In this document: positions 14,101-26,009 of the stretch, in pieces
How the letters are laid out: each line of letters starts with the position of its first letter
How positions within the stretch are numbered: the first letter of the stretch is position 1
From: Callorhinchus milii
Taxonomy: Eukaryota
Direction of reading: 5' to 3'
Length of the DNA stretch: 64,000 nucleotides
NCBI RefSeq assembly: GCF_018977255.1
Contig: NW_024704742.1
Coordinates: 58,034,001-58,098,000 of the forward strand
Translations under genes and position numbers: made by a program
The notes under the pieces: model-generated
Seen by the model: only the letters and a program-made list of their open reading frames with translations
Database searches by the model: none
Told to the model about the DNA's origin: nothing

Positions 14101-16177
14101 TGTTTGAACCTCAACTATTCTTTCTACCCCACATCTGTGCCATGACCCGCTCTGCCTTCCCCCACCTCCGCAACATCACTTGGCTCCGCCATTGTCTCAC
14201 ACCGCAGGCCGCTGAAACCCTCATACACCCATTCATTACATCCAGCTTGACTATGCAAACTCTCTGCTTGTTGGCCTCCCCACCTCCGCATTCCAAAGGT
14301 TGAGGATCATCCAGAACTCTGCAACGATGTCCACTCAAGTACCAGCCTCCGTGACCCTATCACCCCAATCCTCACCCGACTCCACTGGGTTCCCATCACA
14401 CAGTAGATACAGTTCAAGATCCGGGTCCTCACCTTCAAAGCCCTCCATGGCCTCGCTCCCCCCTATCTCTGCAACCTCCTAAACCCCTACCAACCTGCCC
14501 GCTCCCTCCGCTCAGTGGGCTCCGGCCTGTTTCATGTCCCCCGCCTCAGGGATGGGCCTTCTGCCACTCTACCTCCTCCACCCTTTGGAACTCCAACCCG
14601 CAGTCCCTCCAACAACAACATTGTTGTTGTTAATGTTGAATATTTTTGTGCTCCGTGTCATTTCTGCTTATAGTTACATCTGCACTTTTTATTTCAGGTT
14701 TATACCGGAGTCTCCCAGGTGGCTACTCTCCAAGGGTCGAGTGGAAGAAGCAGAGGCCATAGTGCAAGCTGCTGCTAAGCAAAATGGCATTACATACACA
14801 GGGGTGATATTTAAGAATATTAATAGTTCCACAGATATGGTAATGTACTATGTTGTATTTCAATAGTGTATTATTTATTTTGCCAGGTAAACTTTTCAAT
14901 AGGTTACATTAAAATTCATCTTTTGGGGAAAGTTGAGACAAAAGTGTCACTCTTGAGTACTGTGGACCCACCTGGCTCAGTGACTGGATTACTGAGACCA
15001 TCATGGAGGATTGGTTGATTCCAGCAATCCATTGCCAAGCATATCATCTTGATATCAGTTCAACTCCTTATCTCCAGAGGATAGTCCTCAGTTTACGTTC
15101 CAATGGGTTACAATGACACACTTTTGATGACTGGCACAATTCGCTATTCGCATGACTGATGAAGGAATACTATTAAGAAATGCTGTATATTAATCCCATT
15201 AGTAATATATTGTTTGAGCTCTGGGAATTTAACATTAGTGAGGCTGGGATCTTGGATAGGTTCAAGGGACATAAACCCAAAAATAACCTAGGACGGAGTG
15301 AACTGTACCCTAGAATACTTAGGGAGGTGAAGCAGGTGATTTGTGCAGCACGGATAGACGCTATCGCCACAAATATACAGTCAATTCATTTTACAGTATA
15401 TCCTGTGAAGCGCTTTGAGACGACTAGAAGACATGAAAAGCGCTATATCAAATGCAAGGATTATTATTACGAGAAGTGAGGATGGAACTTACCACGGAGA
15501 AGCTGAAAGTTTCATTGTATCAAAATTGCGTGAGACAAATAAACAAAGCAAACAGAAGATCCCCAGACCCTAAAGGCAGGGCAAACCATCGCAACGAGGA
15601 TGATCCTTGTTGTTAGTGGATTAGACAAGATAAGACTAGCGATCTTCAATCTTGAGAGAGTATGGCTCAGAGGGACATTTACAGAGAAATATAACATTCT
15701 AAATTAGAATTGAAAAGTTAACCCACATCAATACTTTACAATGTACCAAGATGTTAGAGAAAGAGAACATAACTTTAGAGTTTTAAAACAATCTTGTGAA
15801 CTTGTGATAAAAGTATTTAATTTTTTATGCCAACAAGATGATATAGGATGTCCTTCCAATGTGAAAGGCACTATATAAATGCACTTTGTTCTTGTTGTTG
15901 ATATGCTTGGCAATGGAGTACTGAAATGCAAATATTTGGGATAAATTGTTGAGGATACATCTGAACTGTTTTGTGATCTATTGACTTTGTTGAGTGTGTA
16001 GAAAAGATTAGCGGTCAGTTGTAAACCTTGTGTAGAAAAGATTAGCGGTCAGTTGTAAACCTACGCCATTCTGGGGAGAAATTCAACCAAGGTCTAGATT
16101 TACTCCATTTTTTATCAGCATTTCAGAATATACAGAATTTGACAACCTACCGAATACAGCTACGTTTTTTCCTAATG

Positions 16178-16209
<32 letters not shown>

Positions 16210-19200
16210 TATGTGTGCATTGAGTCCTGTAGCTCAGTGGTTAGAACACTTGCCTTGCAAGCGAGACACCAGGGCGAAACCTTGGGCAAATTTCCTTACT
16301 CCACACGCCTAATAATAATCCCTCCAAAACAAAACAATAATAAGTTGGTCATTTTCAATCCACGACTGTTTGTGGGACACTGTTGTGCGCAATTGACTGC
16401 CACGTTTCGCCCACAAATACACGGTCAATTCACTTTACAGTCTATTCTGTGAACCGCTTTGAGATGTCGAGAAGATGTGAAAAGTGCTATATCAAATGCA
16501 AGGATTATTATTATATATATACTTGAATCAAATTGTTTCTTATATTTTCTAGCTGTCAAATCCAAAGCATAATATTAAACGTACGTACACCTACTTTGAT
16601 TTGGTTAAAGATTTCAATTTAAGGATCAACACAGTGGTGTCCTGTTTCATGTGGTGAGTGAATAACTAACACCAGCATTAATTAATGCAATTACAACATT
16701 TGTGTGTCTGCTCAGCTTAGTTGGTAGCATCTATAAGTTAGAAAGTTGTGATTTCAAGCCCCATGTCAGGACTTCAAACTCTCAGTCCAGGCTGACTTGA
16801 CAATGGGGTACATTGCATTGTCGAAGGTGGTGTCTTTCAGATGAGATGTTAAACCAAAGCTGTCTGCTTCTTGGTGGACATTAAATATCCCATAACACTA
16901 TTAAGAAAGAGAAGGGAGTTTCTCATGATGTACATTTACAACACTGGAGCTCATCCTCACTCTTAAATCCCTCCATGGTCTTGCCCACCCTACCTCTGTG
17001 ACCTTCTAAAACCCTACCAACTTGCACGCATCCTCTGTTCGGTAGGCACTGGCTGTTCCATGTCCTCCACCCTGCTCACCCAGTGGTTGGGCCTGCAGTC
17101 TTAATACCTCTACTCTTTGGAACTCCATCCATTCACCTCACCCTTTCCCCTGCCTCCTTCAAGGTCCGTCTCAAGACCTTTGTATTTGACTGTGCCTTTG
17201 GTCATGTTCCCCACCCACACCCCCACTCATCCCCAAACCATACTCCAGCTTGGGTCCAAACCCTCTATTGTCCAGCGGCCTGGGACAACCTCCCAACTTG
17301 AGGGGCGCTGTATCAATTCCATTTTTTCCTGTTGTTGACTTTTTTGAAAGTGAGTGTAATTGTAAATTCTAACCATTTGAGTGGCTTGTAACTTTATTTT
17401 TGTTTAATATTCATCTTCTAGGCTTGATCGGATGATTGAAGAGCAGTTAAATTCCCAGCCAAAACATAATTCTCTCTAAGTACATTTTATCAATCTGCCC
17501 TGAGGGCATTCGTGCCTGAACTGAGCTGAGTTCAGTGCTAGTGCCAGATAATAAACAAATTGTGTCAGCCGTCGAGATTGGAATGTTCATATACCTGGTA
17601 GTGAGTTAAAGGTTAAAACTGAATAGTGAGAAGGAGACCATTTGTGCAGAATATTGGACTTTTGTCAATGAAGGTCTCGGTAGGTTTAATTGCTCACTGT
17701 GTTGAGATTTCAATCTGAGCAATGCTGTTTTGCAGAGATGTTGAATGAAAAGCCAACTGTCCAGGGACACAGAGTTCTGAAGAGGCTATTCTCATATACT
17801 GACTTGTAGCTGTTCAGAGAGACATCATGAATAATAATAATGATAATCCTTGTGTTTGATATAGTGCCTTATCACACCGTTGAGATGTCTCAAAGTGTTT
17901 CACAGAATATACTGTAGTGTAGTGACAAAGTGTAGTGACTGTGTATTTTGAGGGAGAAACACGGCAGACAATTACTACCGATAGTAGTATTAGTATGATT
18001 CATTGATTGAATCCTGAGAGTAGATCATGCCCTCTCTGGCCATATCTAATTTATGAATAGGCCACAGATGAAAAATAGAAATAAGTTTCGACTTGAATTA
18101 GAAAAGAAAATAATCAGAAGAAAAACATATTTTCTGTTTTTGTATTTTGCAGGATAATTATAAGTACCTGTTACTTTGGGATATCCTTGAATACTTCTAA
18201 CATGAATGGAGATCCCTACATCAACTGTTTAATCAGTGCAGCTTCTGAAATTGTAGCATACATATTCGCCTGGTGGTTGTTGAAAATAGCACATCGAAGA
18301 ATGGCAAATGTATCCATGATGTTACTCAGTGGAACTATGTTGCTGTTGATACAACTGGTGCCTTCAGGTAAGAATTTAAACAAATTGTTCTCAAGTTTTT
18401 GATTTTTCCTTTAATCTTTCAATCAATGTTGTCAGTTACTTTGGGTAATTGGGTTCTGTCCAAATGCTTCTCCAGCTGACAAAACATCTTTTTATCATAG
18501 AATCTTAGAATCGTACAGCACAGAAGGAGGCCATTTGGCCCATTGTGCCTGTGCTGGCTCTTTCAAAACAATTAATCTCACTCCCCTACCGTTTCCCCAT
18601 AGACTACCGAGGTTTTGTTTTAACCTTTTAGACTAAAAATTGCTGTTTTCCTACACATATGGTTTATTGGCTAGTTGAAAATTGCAATCCAACACTTTCT
18701 GTAACTAATTGTCAGGAATACGAATGATCAGCTCGCCCCAGTCCTCAGCCCCCACCATCTTGGATCCTATCACAACCATAGTGGGCCTCAGAATATATAT
18801 TTTTTGCCGCTGGAGATAGTTTGAGCACTATTAATCATCTTTACAAAGGTATAGCATCTTTGTCATCAGGAAGAAGTCCCAAAGTGTTTCACAGGATATA
18901 TTGTAAAGTGCAGTGACTGTGTGTGTTTTCTGGTTGAACAAGGCAGCCAATTTGCACAAGGCAGCGTCCGTCAAACATCCATGAATTTTATTTGGGGGAT
19001 TGTTGGCCAGGACATCGTGAGAAACTCCCATGGAATCCTGTAGTCTCAATGGTTAGAGCACTCACCTCGCAAGCAAGAGACCCCTGTTCGATTCCTGGCA
19101 GGGAGAAACTTTGGCCGATTTTCCTTACTCCACATGTCTCTGTTTACCTAGCTATAAGTAGGAACCCGGTTGTAAATCGATTGGAGGATTTCTTTTTCAA

Positions 19201-22200
19201 GGGTAATAATTCTTTCAAAAAAATAATAATACATTGGTCACTTCAATCCATAACTGTTTGTGGGACACTGCTGTGCATAATTGGCTGCCGCGTTTCGCCC
19301 ACGTAATATACAGTGAATTCACTTTAAAGTATATTCTGTGAAGTGCTTTGAGACGTCTCGAAGACGTGATAAGGCTCTATAACAAATGTAAGGATTATTA
19401 TTTTCTTTTTTCAAATTTTGGAATAGTGCCATGGACTCTTTAAGAGGCAGGCAGGGTCTCAGTTTAGTGTTTCATCAAAAGTAAGAAAACAGAAATATAG
19501 GAGTATAACATAACATACATGGCATTCCTTAAATATTCTTTAAAGCAGCACTGGCATGACTCAACGTCAATGTTAATTAGTGTTGCGAATAACTGTTAAG
19601 GTCAGGTCCACACAAACGCTGCTGTAATACTTTAACCTGATGCGGTATGTGGTGATCTAACCTGAACTCTGTAATAATGATAGACCTTGCATTTGATATA
19701 TCGCCTTAACACGTCTTTGAGACATCTCAAAGCGCTTCACAGATATACTGTAAGTGAATTGACTGTATATCTTGTGGCCGAAACGCTACCTGTAATCTGA
19801 TTGTCAAACTGAGCTGTTACTCTCTTAGAATACCAGCAAGAGGTGACCGATCATATATTTGTGTGTGTCATATTTTTGGCTTTCATAGAGTGAGTTGAGC
19901 AGTTATTTGTTCTCTGGCAAAATGCTTGCTCCCCAATCCAGAACATTTTATTTCATAAAATATGAAAGCTGTACAGAAGTCCCAACCTCAATTTATAAAT
20001 TAATATTTTCTGGGAAAGGCACGGGTGGGATGGAGGTGGGTGGGGGGCAGCAGCCAGTCAGTGTATTACAGTAGGTTTGTTGTGAAGCTAATAATCGTAG
20101 GAATGTTAACTAACACTGAAGACTGTTAATTGTGATTGTATTTAATGATAATAGTATTGCTAATATAATTTTAAGGAATTTCACACATTGTACCTCCTTA
20201 CAAACGTGAAAATGAAAATCATCAGCTCAGATGTAGAAGGTTGCCATGCTGAACGTACTCACTGAATGAGTAGCAATAATTCATCAGCTTTCTGCAAAAA
20301 CACAGTAGTTTGGGATTCACGATCCCTAGAGTTTGAAATATGACCCGACAATCCAAGATGGTGCAATAATTCTTTTATTATAAGACAGTGAGCTTAATAG
20401 TGTGTAAAGAAGAGCATACTAACGGTTAATCCGCATAGAACAAAAATGGAAGAAACATTTCTTGGCTGTCGTCACGCGTTTGCCCTGGTTTCGCTGGTGT
20501 AATTCCCTCGCGCCCCTCCTGCCAGCTGGGACTAACTGACTTCTCTGTCTCTCTCTTCACTAATTATACCCTTTTCTGGACTCTTGCCAGATACCTTTTT
20601 CCCTCTCATAACTTGATCTGCGCGTACTCATCCTAATCAATCATTGGCCTGGCGCCAGCCTGACCGGTGTTGATAAGGTGAGTCTCCATTGTCTTGTCTA
20701 TAATGATGTTATTCGGGACTGGCCTATTGGGAAGTCTACTCCTTATCTTCCTAGGCCTAGCACATGATGTTTTGCAGACCTTTTTCTCTCCGTTTCTAGC
20801 TGGTACCCAAGGTTACAATAACACTTAGGACTCTGCATCTGGAGAGAGGAGAGATAACGGGTGCCGTGGTTCCAGCCTGTGCCACATTCCGTTAATAAGA
20901 AAGCTAATTTGGCAGCCATTTTGACCTGTTAATACAATAATTAAACATATCTTAAAAGAATGGATATAAAAATCTTGTTCTATTCTAAATGATTATAGGG
21001 GAATTCCTATGTCCCAACAGTATTATATTTAATTTTTTTTATTGGGTGTTAGGAACACAAAACAATATGCAATAATGGATGTACTTAATAATCCTTGCAT
21101 TTGATGTAGTGTCTTATCACAAAGTTGAGATGTCTCAAATCGCTTCACAGAATATATTTTAAAGTGGATTGACTGTGTATTTTGTGGGTGAAATGTGAAT
21201 TGTTTTTAATAATCAAACTCTGCCACAGTATTCCTCACCCATCTCCTATTGGAGAACGGGTCAATTTTAAGATCTTCACACACATATGCAAGCCACCTCA
21301 TGCTCTAGCATCTTTCTACCTTTACGATCCCATTCCTCTTCCCATCCTCTTCGCTCAACTGGCTCAAGCCTTCTAAATACCTCTCGTGCCTTAGCTCCAC
21401 CATCGGTAGCCATGCGTTCAGTCGCTACAACAACAACAACATTACATTTATAGAGCACCTTTCACATCAGGAGGATGTCCCAAAGTGCTGAAAAGTCAGG
21501 TGTTGGGGCCCGAGCATGGGGAAGGGGTGGTGTAGGGGTGAGGAAAGCAGAGAGGTGGGAGGGAGACCAAAGGCACGGTCAAAGAGAAGGGTCTTGAGAC
21601 TGGCCTTCAAGGAGGCAAGAGAGGAAGCGAGGCGAAGGGACCATGGGATGGAGTTCCAGAGTGCGGGGGCAGAGATGTTGAAAGCCCAGCTACCAATGGT
21701 AGGGCGGGTAGGTGGGGGACATGGAGCAGGCCGGAGCCCGATGAACGGAGGGAGTGGGCAGGTTGGTAGGGAGTCAGCAGGTCAGAGAGACAGGAGGGGG
21801 CAAGGCCTTGGATGGCCTTAAAGGTGAGGATGAGGATCTTGAACTCGATCCTCTGGGGGATGGGGAGCCAGTGGAGTCCGGCGAGGGTGGGAGTGATGGG
21901 GTCACGGAGCCTGGTGCGTGAGCATACAAGAGCTGCAGAGTTTTAGATGATCTGCAGCATGGGAAGGGAAGAGTTGGGAAGGCCGATGAGGAGGGAGTTC
22001 CCGTAATCGAGCCTTGAGGTGATGAATTCGTGGGTGAGGGTTTCGGCAGCCTGAGGGGTGAGGCAGTGGCGGAGTCTGGCAATGTTGCGAAGGTGGTGGT
22101 AGGCAGTGCTGGTCATGGCATGGTTGTGGGGGAGAAAGGACAGTTCAGGGTCAAACAAGACACCCAGGTTCCTGACTGGCTTAGTGAGGTTGAGTGTGCA

Positions 22201-25200
22201 GCCATGGAGGCTGATGCTGCTAGCACCCGGGGTGCGGAGGCGCTGGCGCGAGCCGGCCAGGAGGGCCTTGCTCTTGCTGACATAAGTTGGAGAAAGTTGA
22301 CCCTCGTCCAGGACTTGATGTTGGACAGGCAGACGGTCAGGACGCCAGTAGTCCTGGAGTTCAGGGTGGAGACAGAGAGGTAGAGCTGTGTGTCATCCAC
22401 ACACATGTGGAAATTTACCCCATGTCTACCAGTCAAGGACAGAACCTTGAAGGTCGAGGTGGGAGTAGAGGCGGTGGAGGAGGATTGATTGGCCCATGGT
22501 GTCAAAGGCAGCGGAGAGGTCGAGGAGGATGAAGAGGCAAAGGGAGCCCTGGTCACACATGGGCAGGATATTGTTTGTGACCTTGACCAGAGCAGTTTCC
22601 GTGCTGTAGGCAGCACGGAAACCTGATTGGAGGGGTTCATGGAGGGAGTGGGAGGAGAGGAAAGAGCGAAGCTGGGAGGCATCAGCTCTCTCAAGGACCT
22701 TGGATAGGAAAGGAAGATTTGAGATGGGCCGTTAGCTAGATAGCTATGATGAGTCAAGGGAAGATTTCTTCAAGGTGGGTGTGATAATGGCTGTTTTAAG
22801 GGGGAAGGAATAGTGCCAGATGACAGGGAGACTACAACCCAAAACTTTTGAACGCTCTGCCAATATCCCCTTGCTTTGCCCCCTTCCTTGCCTGTATGTG
22901 GATCACACATGAAGACCTTCTTCTTTGACTGTGTCACAATCATCTTCCCCTTTCGTGGAGTCCTGTAGCTCAGTAGTTAGACTACTCGCCTTGCAAGTGA
23001 GAGACCTGAGTTCAATTCCAGGCAGGGCAAAACCTTGCACGAGTTTCCTTGCTCCACACACCTAATAATAATCCCTCCAAAACAAAACAATAAAAAATTG
23101 GTCATTTTCAATCCATTACTGTTTGTGTGACATTGCTGTGCGCAATTGGCTGCTGCGTTTCACCCACAAATATACAGTCAATTCACTTTACAACATATTC
23201 TGTGAGGCACTTTGAGATGTCTAGAAGACGTGAAAAGCACTATATCAAATGCAAGGAATATTTGTTATTTATTATTATATTATTATACTATATTATTATT
23301 ATATTATTATATATTTTATTATTATATTATTATTATTCTTTGGCTCTATGTCAAAGTCCACCACTGTTAACCGCTCTGAAACATTAACCTGCATAAAGGA
23401 CGGTGTAGAAATGCATGTACTTGTTGTTATTGATCTCTTTCTCTAATATGTTCCATCTAATTGCCTACATTTTATTTTACAGCTCTGCATATTGTTTTCA
23501 CGGTGCTGGCAATGATTGGTAAATTTTGCATTACGACAGTCTTTGCTGTCATCTATATTTACTCAGCTGAGCTTTTTCCAACTGTAGTGAGAAACATGGG
23601 GCTTGGAGCCTGTTCTATGGCATCCAGGTTTGGCTCAGTAATGTCCCCGTATATTGTTTATCTTGGTAAGTGCAAGTTACTTCATTGACAGTTTTGAAAA
23701 TCTTTGTTACTTGCAAGACGTTTTAAATTATTTATGTACACGTTTCAGATTGTTGGTAAACAACTGTACTTTGGTTAAAAATATAATCATTCAAGATCCA
23801 CTGCACATGATTTGTTTTTTAACAATGTAGAATATTACATATTGAGATAGGACCATCAAACCCACTGGGCCTTTAGATCACAAGATTGGGGGCAGCTCTG
23901 AGTCTATAAACCATGGAAATGTACGAACAGTAGGTGACCATTCAAACCACTGTACCAGGGTTTGTGTTTGATCCTCCAATTAAGCCATCTACCTTCATCC
24001 CAATTTCACTATACCTTTTAATGCCCTTCCTCTACATGTGCTTGTATCTAATTCCCTTTTAAATATCCCATGTATAGATGTTCTGTAATGAACCTTAAAA
24101 AGTGAAAAAGTGTTCAACTGAGCATGGTTCAACTGAAGTCATAGGCATTACTGCTATATCTGTCTGACAGAGGACTTCAGAATTTGGGTAATAGCTTTGT
24201 GGAGAGCTTTTATGATATGGAAACCAGAATTAAGTTGGGAACAGGAATAGATGCTCAAATGTTCTTGAGATTCGATGTTGGGAAGTCCATAGTTATTTTC
24301 CATATTTTCAATATTGAAAAATCAACACTAACTGTGTGGGAGGCAATCTCCTTCTGCCATTTAATTATGATATATGGTCCTACTGCAGTTTAGAATCTCA
24401 AACACTTTTCGATGCTTCGATCCAGGGGGCTATTGTGGGAATCCCAAGAAGCAATTTGCTGGATCTTATTTAGTATTTTAATGCCTGGGCAAATTAGTCA
24501 CACCTGTCAGCATAATTTCATTTTATAGTCTGTTTAATCATATTTTTTCAAAGCTTTTCATGTAATTTGTGATGTTGGGAATTGAGATTAGGTGAAGGAT
24601 CTGAAATGTAGAGAAGGACATCGTCTGAGCATTTTGAAGGTTTCCATTCAGTGCTGGACAACGTTATATTATCATAGGCTTGGTGCAGATTTTCACAGCT
24701 AATGGCTCTAAAATAAGACCAAAGAGGAGGAGGGAACAGAGGTGGCATCATTGCTGAATAACCCTGTTGAGACTGAAAGTTACTAGAGTGTCAACCAGAA
24801 TGAGCCACCAAAGGCCTGAACTACGCCTTGGGACGTCCTCCCGACGTGAAAGGCGCTCTATAAATGGAATCTTGTTGTTGTTGTTGTTGTACTCCTGGTC
24901 ATCGTCTTATGATTATTTTCTTAAAGTTTAATATTGTGCAAATTTGGAAAATTCTTCAACTTGTTAATTTACTAAATTGTTAGTAAGTTTTCCATGTTTA
25001 ATCCCAATTATTTGTTTCTTTTTGCATTTTAGGAAGGTTTAACAAGGAGCTCCCTTTCATATTAATGGGGTTATTGATGCTGGTATCTGTGGTTCTCAGT
25101 TGCATCTTACCTGAGACACATAAACAACCTCTTCCAGACACAATTGAGCAGACACAACCACCTAGATGGTAAGGCTGTGTTCGGCATTGGGTAGGGATAT

Positions 25201-26009
25201 GTTTCATTTGTTTTTGTGCCTTTCTTTCTTCCCTTCACTTTACACAATTCTCTGCTTTATTTCACTATTCCCATTTCCCATTATTCAATCGCATCCTTCC
25301 AGTATAAACCTTCTAATGGGACTGTCAAATCAGCACCTTTAAGGATTTGAGGGAGCAAGGAGAACTGTTGGACAAAAGCAAGATATTAAATATGTGCCTT
25401 GAGAATGGAGGGACCCAGATCTGAGAGTACATAATTGAAGAGATCATCTAAGAATAGTCATCAAAAAACTTTCTTTATGGATTCTTGATGTGATTTATTT
25501 TCTACTTCTAACTCCATGAACTGAAAACAAGGTCTTTCTGCCTTTTATTGTGGACATTGAAGATTCCAAAGCACTGTTCAAAAAGAGAAGGGAGTTTTTC
25601 CCAGTGTTTTGGGCCAACAGTCCCCCAAATGAAATCGGTCATTCACTTCATGGCTGTTTGTGGGATATTGATATGCGCTAATAGGCTGTTGCATTCACCT
25701 ACAAAAAATGGAGATATAGCCCTTACAGTAAATCTAGTGATTCATTATCAAATGCAAGGCTAATTAATATATTATTATTTTAACTGGTACCAGTATAGTA
25801 GGAAAGTGTTTTTATCAAATCACCTGAAGCAGCAATAAAATTCACAAAGCAACATTGGGGGCAAAGGGAAAATAGATCACTGGATAAATGGATGCATTAC
25901 TTATGTTTACTTTTCTGCTTTTTGTTTCAGTTGTGCAATCAAGAGGAATAAGGTTGTCATTGCAGAAAATGATGAAATACCCGAACATTTGAACCTCAAA
26001 GAGTTCTGA
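1791..26009 (+). CDS. SLC22A5: SLC22A5/SLC22A4-like (OCTN) organic cation/carnitine transporter, paralog 1; spliced CDS join(1791..2156,4983..5086,7514..7668,9275..9446,14698..14839,16553..16653,18153..18367,23483..23665,25033..25168,25931..26009), 550 aa
   Basis: N-terminus [26 protein letters not shown] (cf. OCTN2 MRDYDEVTAFLGEWGPFQR); motifs [45 protein letters not shown]. All introns GT-AG and the frame stays open to TGA. Assignment to A4 versus A5 is not resolvable by eye. Confidence 0.93.
2488..3258. repeat. 28-bp minisatellite (TGTGTGGGACAGTGATGGGCTGTGTTAC)n, interrupted at ~2850-2933
   Basis: Exact 28-nt period over 2581-2750; degenerate copies on both sides. Confidence 0.92.
2849..2933 (-). 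mobile_element. Short internal CR1 reverse-transcriptase fragment
   Basis: Minus-strand translation [29 protein letters not shown] (CR1 RT motif [14 protein letters not shown]). Confidence 0.85.
3262..3660 (+). mobile_element. L2 LINE 3' fragment with (TTG)n tail
   Basis: [22 protein letters not shown]; tail gaagcgct...ggcgctatataaat...ttgttgttg. Confidence 0.85.
3660..4065 (-). mobile_element. Old Deu-domain SINE (SacSINE1-like)
   Basis: Reverse complement has head ctcagttggtaacactctcacctc..agaaggttgtgggttcaagtc and core ggtggacattaaagatccatg. Confidence 0.75.
4983..5086 (+). CDS. SLC22A5: Paralog 1 exon 2 (104 nt)
   Basis: ttgcag|[35 protein letters not shown]|gtaaag. Confidence 0.95.
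6137..6480 (-). mobile_element. tRNA-derived SINE (intermediate subfamily) with L2-type tail
   Basis: Head tggaatcctgtagatcagtggttagagcactcgc; tail aaatgcaaggattattatt. Confidence 0.85.
7514..7668 (+). CDS. SLC22A5: Paralog 1 exon 3 (155 nt)
   Basis: ttaag|[14 protein letters not shown]...[15 protein letters not shown]|gtaagt. Confidence 0.95.
8057..8413 (-). mobile_element. tRNA-derived SINE
   Basis: Same family as 6137-6480. Confidence 0.85.
8520..8893 (+). mobile_element. tRNA-derived SINE
   Basis: ggagtcctgtagcgtagtggttcg...ggttcgattcc head; tail aaggattattatt. Confidence 0.8.
9275..9446 (+). CDS. SLC22A5: Paralog 1 exon 4 (172 nt)
   Basis: aaag|TELLSKSAG...[23 protein letters not shown]|gtgagt. 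Confidence 0.95.
10050..12300 (-). mobile_element. Cluster of truncated L2 LINE copies, with a SINE inserted at ~11765-12082
   Basis: Minus-strand peptides [42 protein letters not shown]; (CAA)n tails. Confidence 0.85.
12670..13270 (+). mobile_element. Unclassified non-LTR retrotransposon: ORF C-terminus plus start of 3' UTR
   Basis: Degenerate frame ...[37 protein letters not shown]; homologous to 30545-30930 on the opposite strand. Confidence 0.6.
13300..14632. mobile_element. Two L2 fragments in opposite orientation (13300-13915 minus; 14100-14632 plus) separated by a SINE head fragment
   Basis: [20 protein letters not shown] peptides; SINE head at 13915-14096 (-). Confidence 0.8.
14698..14839 (+). 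CDS. SLC22A5: Paralog 1 exon 5 (142 nt)
   Basis: tttcag|[22 protein letters not shown]...NSSTDM|gtaatg; phase fits exon 6. Confidence 0.9.
15995..16062. repeat. Perfect 34-bp tandem duplication
   Basis: TGTGTAGAAAAGATTAGCGGTCAGTTGTAAACCT x2. Confidence 0.95.
16220..16513 (+). mobile_element. tRNA-derived SINE (young subfamily, internal deletion), ending ~40 nt before exon 6
   Basis: gagtcctgtagctcagtggttagaac...aaatgcaaggattattatt. Confidence 0.85.
16553..16653 (+). CDS. SLC22A5: Paralog 1 exon 6 (101 nt)
   Basis: ttctag|[34 protein letters not shown]|gtgagt. Confidence 0.9.
18153..18367 (+). CDS. SLC22A5: Paralog 1 exon 7 (215 nt)
   Basis: ttgcag|[25 protein letters not shown]...LIQLVPS|gtaaga. 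Confidence 0.95.
19030..19402 (+). mobile_element. tRNA-derived SINE (intermediate subfamily)
   Basis: Head tggaatcctgtagtctcaatggttagagcac, B-box gttcgattcc, tail. Confidence 0.85.
20308..21019 (-). mobile_element. Solo LTR-like element (~712 bp) in intron 7 of paralog 1
   Basis: Minus strand starts TGTTGGGA and ends TCCCAAAC; CCAAT, TATA-like and AATAAA in order; terminal segment shared with 32080-32153. Confidence 0.65.
21428..22830 (-). mobile_element. L2 LINE, 5'-truncated, close to the copy at 27998-30537
   Basis: [47 protein letters not shown]; (CAA)n tail. Confidence 0.9.
22956..23337 (+). mobile_element. tRNA-derived SINE with expanded (TTA)n tail
   Basis: tggagtcctgtagctcag head; AT-rich tail at 23260-23337. 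Confidence 0.88.
23483..23665 (+). CDS. SLC22A5: Paralog 1 exon 8 (183 nt)
   Basis: ttacag|[14 protein letters not shown]...[33 protein letters not shown]|gtaagt. Confidence 0.95.
25033..25168 (+). CDS. SLC22A5: Paralog 1 exon 9 (136 nt)
   Basis: ttttag|[44 protein letters not shown]|gtaagg. Confidence 0.95.
25931..26009 (+). CDS. SLC22A5: Paralog 1 exon 10 (79 nt coding, stop TGA)
   Basis: tttcag|[25 protein letters not shown]; phase matches exon 9; resembles the paralog 2 terminal exon. Confidence 0.8.
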
